This document shows positions 39,341-50,979 of a stretch of 64,000 nucleotides of DNA, in pieces. The DNA comes from Octopus vulgaris (taxonomy: Eukaryota), in assembly GCA_951406725.2 (NCBI GenBank), contig OX597816.1, positions 129,146,001-129,210,000 on the forward strand, read 5' to 3'. The position numbers were made by a program, and so were the translations under genes. Position 1 is the stretch's first letter; each line of letters begins with the position of its first letter. The notes below the pieces were generated by a model. It saw nothing but the letters and a program-made list of their open reading frames with translations. It did not search any database and had not been told where the DNA came from.

Positions 39341-41717
39341 ACACATGTGTAGGTATGGCAGGCAATGAAATAGCAATTCTTAGTAGAATGCTGGCAAAGT
39401 ATGCAACAGTTGAAAATGTAAAATTGAAAGCAGATAGCTTTAAGAAATATTGCAAAGCAGTTGTTCACAGAACATGCATTTAATATTAAAAATTAAAAAA
39501 TGATGAATATATGAAGAATATTAAGTGTAAGAAAAGACGAAACATAAGCTTTACTAGAAGTTGGGGAGATATTCAAACATGCAATGTCTGCCAAGAAGAA
39601 ATTCGAATGAGAAGGCTGCTTGTATTTGTGCATGCACATAAACTGTAGCTCAGTCATGAACACTTCATTCTGGCCAAGTCCAGTATATCATTGTGCAAGC
39701 ATTACCAGAAGTCCATTATAAACATATTATTTTAAAAAATTATATCATTGTTATATAGATACAGATACATACACGCGTGCATCCACATGGACATGTGCAC
39801 ACACACACAGATATGTATACACACACACACACACAAACATATATATATATAGCAGCGTACATACACCTATGCTCACCTTATAGTAAGTATGTATCTAAAT
39901 TTTGAATGATACTTTTACTCTGTCTTTTAGTCTCCCTTATACTTACTTCCTCTTTTCTTTTACTTGCTCTCCCTCTCTCACAAATCTTGGCCCTTTCTTT
40001 CCTTAAATCCCACTTTTCTTCCTCATTTATCTCCCCTATATCTTTCCCTTTGTCTCTTTGATTTTTTCCTAATTCTTCAATCCAGCTACCCCTTACCCCT
40101 CTCTCTTCCTTCCACGTAACCAGTGTTCACCCAGCCATGATTTTTCTTTCTTAGCCTGACTGCCAACTGCCAATACCTCTTATGTCTATCTCCTATATTC
40201 CTGCCTTTAGGTTTTCACTTTATACACGCCAGCTCAATTTGATTTGTCCTCAGTTGAAAGACACCTGTTGTTATATTCTTGTTATTCTTGTTATGTTCTC
40301 TGTTTTTTTTCTTTGTTGTCACACACATTCACAAGCTTTCTTACAAAAAATTTCATGCTCTTAGCTTAGACTTTTTTGGGAGCAACCAGATCGAACAGTC
40401 TCAAGTGTAACTGCCCAAAACTGTAAGGACATCTGGTAACTTGACTGATGAAAGAAGGCTATGAATGACCTCTCCTTTTTTTTCCTGTCCCTCTAATTGT
40501 TATTTTTCCTGTCTGCCTTTGTATCATCTATCTATCTGGTTGTTTTATTGTCCTCTATTGCATTTTTGTTCCATTCTTTATACATATATGCACACACACA
40601 CACACACACACATAAATATATGTGTATGTGTGTGTGTGTGTATTTAGAAGAAGGAAGTAGTTAGAATTTTGGATAATTGTTTATTGGCACTTTCAACCAT
40701 TCATGTGAACTTAGCAAATATGCTTTACAGAAAATTTTTTTGCCTTTCATACAAATCGGAAAGAAGATGTCATTTTGTTTTGTTTAGAAAAGGTGAAAGA
40801 GAAATGAAGAAAGGAGGGAGGAGAGAGAGGAAGACAGAGAGGACAGAAAAGAGAAAACAGGAGAAAGCATGTATTTGGGGATGGTTTTTAACTAACAAAT
40901 GGTTGATGTCAAATGACATTTCAAGATGTGAATTTTGATTTTTTGGAGAAAGGGAGAAAGAGAGACGGACAGGAAGAAGGACAAGACAGAAAGAAAGAAA
41001 ACGAAAACGAAAAAGAAAAATGAAAGGGAAAGAGACACAGAGAGAAAGAGACTTCTTTTCAATTATATTGTATGGATGTAGTCTACAATTCAAGATGTCG
41101 TTCTTGATTCAGTCATTGCTTTTGAAAGCATCTCTTTCTCTCTCCCTCCTCTTCTCTTATTATATACATATTAACAAGTTTGTAAGTATAAACATTACAT
41201 TTACAATGACTAAATCAAAAATGACATCTTGAATTGTGATTAAATTTCAACAGGTTGACCACATCGATATAACATAATTGAAAAGAAAACTCTTTCTGTT
41301 AGTCTCTTATTTCTCTGCAGTTTCTACCAAAAACAAGAGCCACTACTTCTATTGCCACAGAGTCACTTTCCTATAAAATGTACTCATTGGTTTACCAATT
41401 CCATCACATGACTCAAACATTACCTTTCATCGAGATTAGTTTCCTTTCAGAAGCAGTGATTGCTTCATCACAGTAATGAAGAGCCTGAATATTCAGACAT
41501 GCTTTTTGCATCTGTGAAATTTTTTAGTAATACAAATTTGTTAATAAATACATTCTATCTCCAAAATATATGCTCAACGCCTTTTTTTTTTAACCTTTTA
41601 TTTATACTTCTATCAGTATAACTTCTTCATACATTGTAGAACCCTATCAATAGATGAAGAACATACATAAAGAGTTGATCATTTCTATACTCACTGAAGA
41701 ACAACTATACACTTTCA

Positions 41718-41950
41718 ATGAAGCATTATATAACATATCTTATTGGAGAACGTATGCGCTCAAAGGCCTACTTTTTCAAGAATGTGACTACTAGCATATG
41801 TATAGATAAATTTGACTCCAAATCGCAGAAATGCCAACCTCAGATAAAGGATCTTGAAAACTTTGAAGCAGACTTGATTAACCTGAATGAAAAGATAAGA
41901 TTTCAGCATCACTTCCATCCAAAGCATTTTGAATAATTACAGGATATCTT
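41718..41950 (+). mobile_element. Penelope-like element ORF N-terminal fragment
   Basis: RMRSKAYFF...KSQKCQPQIKDLENFEADLINL..KIRF resembles the PLE RMRWKA.FF..GFKS..CPP..L..FE.DL motif. Confidence 0.65.
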
Positions 41951-42739
41951 TCGATCAATATTCATAAATACATACAACGCACATGCACATACACATATAC
42001 CACACACACACATACACACACATACACACACACACATACACACACACACACATACACATACACATACACACACACATACGTTTACATATATCATCATCAT
42101 CATTGTCTCAATATTCCCTTTTCCTCCTATGCATAGGTAGGATGGAATTCATTGAAGGTAGATATTCTAGTCCTTCCTGTTACCAACTTCCAATTGTTTC
42201 CAAGCAAGGTAATATTTCTTCATGACCAGGCATGTTTTTGTGGAAGATTGGAATTAAAAGACACTGCTTGTATGACAGTTACACTCATTTTCAGCTATCA
42301 CAAACCACTAAGATGAGGAGGCACAAACACATACCCACATGTATACACACACACACACACATATCTTTTATCTTTTACTTGTTTCAGTCATTAGACTGTG
42401 ACCATGCTGGGGCACCATATTGAAATCAAATGAATTAATCTCAGTACTTATTTTTTTAAGCCCAATACTTATTCTATCAGTCTCTTTTTCCAAACTGCTA
42501 AGTTACAGGGATGTAAACAAACCAGCACTAGTTATTAAGTAATGGTGGGAGACAAACACATACACAAAACACCCTTGTTTGCATGGGTCAGATGGTAAAT
42601 TTTCAACAAGTGGATGCCCTTCCTGTTACCAACCCTTACTCTTACCCCCAAACTTCACTGTTTCCATCATGTAATGTGGGTTGTTTCACTTTGTAATAAA
42701 CAGGAATTTGTCAGAATGCCTCCAGGAAAACGAAATGAC

Positions 42740-44091
42740 CACAGTTTCTTCTCTGCCCCTCATTCCTTCCCCTACTCCTACTCACACTGTCGCACCTGCC
42801 CCTAACTCTCCAAAACAACCATCCTCACTGGTATCCATCACCATCCCTATCACATCACTGACTCCTTTACCTGCACCCCTAGTAATATTATTTACTGAAT
42901 CTCCTGCTCTCTCTGTCCTGCCCTGTACATTGGTCAAATGGCTGACCAGTTCACAGAGCACCTCCGAGACATCAGACTCAACAATGAGACCCTGGTCTTG
43001 TGCCATTTCCACTCTACCAGTCATTCACTACAACATTTGTCTGTGTTTGGACTGTCTCTGCACAGGAGCCACCCAGACTCCTGCCTTCATCATGAACAAG
43101 TATTAATTTTCTCTCTTCATTCCTTTGCACTATATGGGCTCAACTCACTACTTCTCTGCATCTGAGACCAATGCCCACAAGGATTCCGGCGCACCTCCCA
43201 CATCCAACGTCCCCCTCCACCTACATACCTGCATACCACCTACATCAGTACCCTCACCCCCACACACACACCACTATACAAACACCCATACACAATGTTC
43301 AACTCATTACTCACTTCACACACCCACAAACACCTTACCACTCCACACACACTAGCACTGAACACTTATCAGCATACACCACATACCATTATCCACACAC
43401 CCAGGCACGACCTTCAATAGTGTCACCACACATACCACTATGTAAGCAGCCACACACACTGTTTAACTCAATACACAGACCACACACCATCATGCACACT
43501 CCCACACATAGTATCTGAATACAGACAATATATACACATATACACAACACACATAGACAAAGATAACTTTCACCCACAAACATGCACTACACACATGCAC
43601 ACTATTTCATCACAGATACACACACACACACGTGCACACACCACCTGCTACACACAACACATACACACACACACACACACATGTTAGACCCACTCACCCC
43701 ATTCACACACACACATACACTAGACTAACTTTCACCCAATCACACATACACACTACTCACACACACCATTCTCACATACACACACATGTTTGCACACCTT
43801 CATTCGCTGGGGTCACCATTACCTTTACGGTTATTATTATTATTATTTTCTCCTTTTCATTCAACTTTTTTTTCCAAATATCTCACCATTTTGGACTGTT
43901 GAACTCTGCACTTTTTCTCTCTCAATTGTTTTCATTCTCTCCCTATTTTTTACCCCTTAATCCTTTCTGTCAGAGAGCACAGTCTCAAAATGTAAAAGAC
44001 CTTTCCATTTTTCCCGAGCGTTAAAAACTAATACACCTGCTTGTTGTTCCTACAACTTTCTTCATCATTTGTTTTCTGTAAATTTGAACTA
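42740..44091 (+). mobile_element. Penelope-like (Neptune-type) 3' remnant: GIY-YIG, CA-rich UTR, terminal repeat
   Basis: HCRTCP..ITDSFTCTPSNIIY*ISCSLCPALYIGQ..FTEHLRDI..HF..H..EQVLIFSL..GLN; decayed HHR-like motif at 43963-43998; related terminal repeat at ~62875-63015(-). Confidence 0.85.
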
Positions 44092-44105
44092 TATATATAT
44101 ATATA

Positions 44106-44651
44106 TCATCATCATCATCATCATCGTTTAACGTCCGTTTTCCATGCTAGCATGGGTTGGACGATTTGACTGAGGACTGGCGAACCAGATGGCTGCACCA
44201 GGCTCCAATCTTGATCTGGCAGAGTTTCTACAGCTGGATGCCCTTCCTAACACCAACCTCTCCGAGAGTGTAGTGGGTGCTTTTACATGCCACCAGCACG
44301 AGGGCCAGTCAGGCAGTACTGGCAACGGCCACAAAAAAATCTTTTTTTTTTTTACATGTCACTGGCACACCGGCACAAGTGCCAGTAAGGCGACGCTGGC
44401 AATGATCACGCTGGAATGGTGCTTTTTGCATGCCACTGGCACAAACGCCAGTTAGCCACTCTGGCAACAATCACACTCGGATGGTGCTCTTAGTTCTTCA
44501 CTAGCACGGATGCTAGTCATCAAATTTGATTTTAATTTCGATTTCACTTGCCTCAACAAGTCTTTGTAAGCAGAGTTTAGTGTCCAATGAAGGAAAGGCA
44601 TGCATAAGTGAACTGGTTACACCCCTGGCTTAGGCCACAAGGTTATGGTCT

Positions 44652-44653
<2 letters not shown>
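44106..44653 (-). mobile_element. RTE LINE 3' UTR copy inserted in (TA)n
   Basis: Same tail family; (TA)n on both sides. Confidence 0.9.
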
Positions 44654-44691
<38 letters not shown>

Positions 44692-44813
44692 TAAAAGATA
44701 TGTATAAAATATAGCCGTAGACACCATGCCAAAACAGACATGGAGCTTGGGCAGCTCTTCAGCTGGTCAGCTCCTGCCAAATTGTCCAATCCACGTCAGC
44801 ATGGAAAATGGGC

Positions 44814-44852
<39 letters not shown>

Positions 44853-46229
44853 CAATACACACACTCATAATTTTATTTGAAAGCTGGATTACCCTTTAGT
44901 CATACTACATAGCTTGATGATTTTACAATAATGGTCCTTCTTCAAATGATGATTGTAATACAACTTAATACTTTGATTGATGAGATGACAATGACACACA
45001 CACATACATAAATACATGTGCCTATGTATGCATATATGTACATATAAGGCATCACGATGTATGTTCACAGATATGCATAAATATTAAAGAAAGGCAGAAA
45101 AAATATTTAAAAATCAAGAAGAATTTTATCTCATCATCTCTTCACATTTATATTTCAAATAATAATAATTTATATTTCCTTATCTGGATATTTCACATGC
45201 ATCCATTTGTCTAATCATGACATGATATATATTTGTTTTATGCACACTGTTTATCACACACACTAAATACAATAACAAACATTCTCTACATATTTACCAA
45301 TCTGTTGTATCTAGCTAACACTATGTGTCACAAAGCATCCCACAAGGATCTGCTATCACAAGTGATAATCATATATGAAAGGGAGAAGATTTGACATGTG
45401 AAATCGTTTAACACCTCTTAAATACCTCAATATTGACCTTGTCATGACAAACAGCAGCTGCCATTAAGTAGAGATACTTCTTCCATCTTTCTCTGTGGAT
45501 TGAAATGAGTGAAGTATAATACTATGGGATCCAGCATGTATATTAAGATTGTTGCAAGGATTGGAGTGAACAAATCCTTGTGAATTACTGACATGGCAGT
45601 ATTCTGCAGAGGTGAAACTTACTTAAATACTCTTTCAGTTTAAGGGATTAATCAGATAAAGAGCAGATGTATTTTACTTGGTTTTCCCATAAAACTGGCC
45701 TGGTGTCTTGGCAAAGGAGCTCTGGCACAAGTCTTCAAACTAAATATGGGGGATAAAACAAAAAGCTGTTAATAAAAATATTCAGTATGCATGCATAAAG
45801 ATGAAAATCAAATACATGAAACATATTAGATTGGATGCATACGTAAAGATAAAATCAAATGACTAAAGAGAAAAAGGAATAAATCAGATCTGAGATAAAT
45901 TTAAATATTTTAGAGCCTCTCTAGGGGTATATGATTCAATTATGTTAACTGCAGGTATTTTAAACCTTTCGCAAACATCATTCATGCTCGAATACAACAA
46001 AATTTTACAATATTAAAGAAGAAAAACAAAACAAGAAAGTGAGAAAATGAGTGATGGAATATATGGGGATTAAAAAATAATGTTAACTTCCAAAATGCGG
46101 TCAGAATTCACTCTTTATTCATAAAGCAATACATCACAAACAGCCTTGAATAAAATCAAGAAAAGGGAAAAGAATAACAAACTTGAAAAATAAAATGAAA
46201 ATAAAATCAAAGAATATAGAGTCAGAAAC

Positions 46230-47622
46230 TTCTCTGCACTCAAAATACATGAGTTGAATCATTGGCTTCTTTCCCACCACACAACACACTCAAGAGCCAT
46301 AAAGTTAAGTTCACTAGTCACCCTAAATAGGTTAATCAACCCAGTAAAAACAGGCTTAGGTATTAAAACATACTTGATCCTGTTATTTTTAGAGACATAA
46401 AAGTAGTTTGACTCCAGTATGGAATAATACTGGGACAGTCTCATAGAACAGTTCTGTAATATCTATGATAAAAAAAAAGAATAGGTTTTTACTCTTTCCA
46501 ATTTGAGATTATGATTTTTATCTCTTTATCACAAAGTCACTACTGCTACAAGTATTAGCCTTTGCCAATACCATACTCCCATTCAGATATTGAAGTTATT
46601 CTGCATCCTAGAAAATTTCTCTTGTTTTTCCAAAATGCAGCCAGGTAAAACAAGAATGGAGAGATATTGTTGGATATAACTATGGGTGCATTTAATAGGG
46701 AAGGATTGTATGCACTTATTGCTTTATCTTTATAATTTGTGGTATAAAAGATTCCTGATTAGAGGAATTTATCATGAAGATGGATAATTTTCCTTGTGAT
46801 ATATGAATGGTATGATATAGATAGAATAATTATTTCATTCTTTAATGAATTAGATTAATAGTTTGCTGTCAATGTTACCTTTCAAAAGTTAATTTTCTAG
46901 ACCAAAGCATTAAAGTTAGCAGCTGGTGAATATTTTTTTTCCTATCACAAACTTAATGAAAGGTTATTTTATATTAATATGACTTGCAATCATATCCACA
47001 TAATATTTTCTGTAATTTAGTTTCCAATTTTATCAGTCATATATCATCTTTATCTCTAAATGTAGCAGCTTTTACAAAAATTTTGGAATTCTGCAATGAA
47101 GCATTTAACTGTCATAGATTTTTCAATGAGATAGGATATATACTCAGACCTTTACCTCCCAAACAGAAATAAAAATTGGAAAATTGTGGTATAATCCAGT
47201 TTTCAGTTTCAATGATTGAAAAAATATAGCTAAGATGTTTCTCAAGTTAGTTTCATTTCCTTTTACAGAGAACATAGACATTAAAATCTTTTAAAATATC
47301 TGCCTAAGTTTATTACACTTACAAAGTTTCACAACTCTGAATTTCTTTAAAGCAAAGCATATGCCACACAATATTTTGGCATCACTAAACACTTAAAAAC
47401 GTATAAACTCTTATTACTGCCCAAGTAAGGAAAACTTCCTCATTAGCTCTTTAGGCGCTGGAGTGGCTGTGTGGTAAATAGCTTGCGTACCAACCACATG
47501 ATTCTGGGTTCATTTCCACTGCGTAGCACCTTGGGCAAGTGTCTTCTACTATAGCCTTGGGCTGACCAAACCCTTATGAGTGGATTCGGTAGACAGAAAC
47601 TGAAAGAAGCCCGTCGTATATA

Positions 47623-47665
<43 letters not shown>

Positions 47666-47960
47666 ATGTATATGTTTGTGTGTCTGTGTTTGTCCCCCAA
47701 TATCGCTTGACAACCAATAGTGGTGTGTTTACGCCCCCATAATTTAATGATTTGGCAAAATAGACCAATAGAATAAGTACTAGGCTTACAAAGAGCAAGT
47801 CCTGGGGTCGATTTGCTTGACTAAAGGCGGTGCTCCAGCATGTCCACAGTCAAATGACTGAAACAAGTAAAAGAGTATAGTGTGCAAAGTTGAGCTGAAT
47901 ATTGAATATCATGCAAAATTTTACATTGGAGCACTAGTGAAGGAATTTAACTGATAGGGC
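46230..47960 (+). mobile_element. Decayed Penelope-like element (RT plus GIY-YIG; Naiad/Chlamys-like), interrupted by a SINE
   Basis: NRLINPVKTGLGI, WNNT, FQFEI, LDITMGAF, GIYHEDG, VNFLD, WYNPVFS and, after the SINE, IVCKVE..KFYIGAL. Confidence 0.8.
47454..47877 (+). mobile_element. CORE-type tRNA-derived SINE (OR2-like), full length
   Basis: ggagtggctgtgtggtaa, gggttcatttcc, caccttgggcaagtgtcttc, internal (TA)n, tail gactgaaacaagtaaaagag. Further copies at ~8130, 14070, 14760, 24090, 42365, 52450 and 53213. Confidence 0.9.
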
Positions 47961-48004
47961 ACTATGGAGAAGGTGTCTGAAAAATAATGAGTAGAGAAAA
48001 TGGA

Positions 48005-48092
48005 TAGAAGGAAGGAAGGAAGGAAGGATGGATGGATGGATGGATGGATGGATGGATGGATGGATGGATGGATGGATGGATGGATGGATGGA
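48005..48092. repeat. (GGAA)n(GGAT)n microsatellite
   Basis: Seen directly. Confidence 0.95.
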
Positions 48093-49194
48093 TTATCAGT
48101 CGGTTGGTTGAATGGATGGATAGATGAGTGGATGGACTATCAAACTGGCTAAATGAAAATTCTTACTAAACCATCCATCTATCTTCATTAATTTTATTTT
48201 ACAGTAATTCATTTTTTTCACAACTCCTCTTTCAACTACATTTGATTCAACTGATCATTTTATTTACATAACCAATAATTTTTCCAGGTTATACAGTCTT
48301 GTACATTTCCTTTTTGAAAATTATAACTCCTTCGTTTTTATTTTACACTCACCTCTTTTTTACATTTCTGCTTTATTTCTATCCATTACCTTACTGTTAA
48401 TCATATTCTTTTATTTTCATGTATTAACATTCACACATTTTCTTTTAATTTCATGTTTCATATTTATCTTATTGCATTCCTAAGCTAGCATAAGTTTTTT
48501 CTTTTGGCTTTTGATTTTGTTTTTCCTTTACATTTCATTTGGTATTTTTGTACACCTTATCCAAACTTGTAATCTTTTCTATTTCTGTTTAATTTCAATC
48601 CACTTTTCCTGCCATATAATCATTTATATTCTCACTTCAGTTGCAATATATTCATTCTCACATATTTTCATTAAATTTGATTTCACATACTTTATTTATG
48701 TTGCTCTTGATTTTATAATTCCATGTTTCAACATATAAGATATTGTTATCAGTTACAACTTATAATTTATACACATATTACACATATTAATATGACACTA
48801 TTCAGTAGCAGTCAATGTTTTCTTTTTATAAATATCCATGTTTTATATTCATCTCTTTTTAGCAAGTATAAGGATTACTTACAACATATAAGGATTCTTT
48901 GCATGAAAATAAATAAGCATAATTCTTCCCTAATGTATTGTTTTCCTGGTTGTTTCTGAAACATGTTTTTATATTTATTTATCATGCCAGCATGGAAGGT
49001 GGACATTAAACGATGATGATGATGATACATTTTTCATTTACAAAATTTTATAATGATTATTGTTATCTAAAGATTTTATAAATGTATATCTTTCTGCACT
49101 TTAATATACCTAAGACTTTATTTGCCAGAATACCAAGGTTCGTGGATTTTTAAATCTTAACCCTCATGTTGAACTCAATATATCTATATATATC

Positions 49195-50020
49195 TGGTAT
49201 GGTCATGTAGCAAGAATGGATGAAGATAGGTATGTGAGAAAGTGCCAATCCCTAGCAGTTGAGGGAACCCGTGGAAGAGGTAGACCCAGGAAAACCTGGG
49301 ACGAGGTGGTGAAGCACGACCTTCGAACGTTAGGTCTCACCATGGAAATGACTAGAGACCGAGACCTATGGAAGTATGCTGTGCGTGAGAAGACCCGGCA
49401 AGACTAGTAAAGCCAAAACCCATGGCCACTACCTGGGACGTAGTCAGTCCACCTGTGCATACCTTTCTGCTTGTGATACTTGTGAAGACCTGTTGAGGCG
49501 AGTGAAAGTCAAGTCAAATCGAATCAAATCAATAGATGAACATCAATGGAATTTGTATCCTTGTGGTACCAGTGCCGGTGGCACATAAGAAAACCATCCG
49601 AACGGGACCGTAGCAAGTACCGCATCGACTGGCCCCGTGCTGTGGGCACGTAACAAACACCATCCGATCGTAGCCGTTCGCCAGCCTCGTCTGGCACCTG
49701 TGTCGGTGGCACATAAAAAACACCATCCGAGCGTGGCCGTCTGCCAGCCTTGTCTGGCACCTGTGTCGGTGGCACATAAAAAAAAAACACCATCCAAGCG
49801 TGACCGTCTGCCAGCCTCGTCTGGCACCTGTGTCGGTGGCACATAAAATCACCCACTACACTCTCGGAGTGGTTGGCGTTAGGAAGGGCATCCAGCTGTA
49901 GAAACACTGCCAGATCTGACTGGCCTGGTGCAGCCTTCGGGCTTGCCAGACCCCAGTTGAACCGTCCAACCCATGCTAGCATGGAAAGCGGACGTTAAAC
50001 GATGATGATGATGATGATGA
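49195..50020 (+). mobile_element. 5'-truncated RTE LINE: intact ORF C-terminus, full 3' UTR and (GAT)n tail
   Basis: WYGHVARMDEDRYVRK..EGTRGRGRPRKTWDEVVKHDL..DRDLWKYAV*; CpG-rich (young); probable TSD ATCTATATA. Confidence 0.93.
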
Positions 50021-50139
50021 TCTATATAGCTACTCTAAACATTAATTAGCTATTTTTAAAATATATCAAAAGACATATTTTAGATCCAATTTTAATATAT
50101 GTATATCTCTCTCTTTCTCTCTCACTCTCTCTCTTTCTC

Positions 50140-50224
<85 letters not shown>

Positions 50225-50296
50225 TATGAGAGGTAATAGTGTCAGTAAGGCAATAGTGTCCAACGTAAGTCATATATCAGCGTGTGTATATATAAA

Positions 50297-50979
50297 AATT
50301 TTTTTTTCAGAATGAGATAAAAATCCAAGGCTATGAAGATTTTAGAACATTTATAAATAGAAGGTCTTACAGCTGTTTCCAAGATATTTATCATATTCCT
50401 TCATCGGAGACGGCGTGAGAAAATGGTTAAGCAGTAGTTAATTTAGATAAAATATGAAATAGGGAGTGAAGTGAAGGAATGAAAATAGATGTGAGATATG
50501 CAAGGATATTACATTTGTAGATCCATTATTTAGGCAGAATGGTATACATATAAGATTTCAATACCATGTGAGTAAAATCCAATAGTATCTAAAATTGGTC
50601 ATTCCAAGTGTAGAGTTTGTACACAGTGCTAATGAATCAAGGGTTTCATTTAAAGTGTAAAAATACTATACTTGGAAAGACCAATTTTAGATACTATTGG
50701 AATTTACTCACAAGGTATTGGAATCTTATATGTATACCATTCTACCTAAATAATGGATCTACAAATGCAATATCCTGCATATCTCACATCTATTTTCATT
50801 CCTCCACTTCACTCTCTATTTTGTATCTTATCTAAATTAACTATTGCTTAACCATTTTCTCACATCGTCTCCTATGAAGGGATATAATAAATATCCTGGA
50901 AACAGCTGTAAGACCTTCTACTTATAAATGTTCTAAAATCTTCACAGCCTTGGTTTTTTATCTCATTCTGAAAAAAATT
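50297..50979. repeat. Long fold-back palindrome (~325-bp arms, 30-bp spacer) with mirror hammerhead-like motifs
   Basis: 50297-50624 is the reverse complement of 50655-50979; motifs at 50364-50411(-) and 50867-50914(+). Confidence 0.93.
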
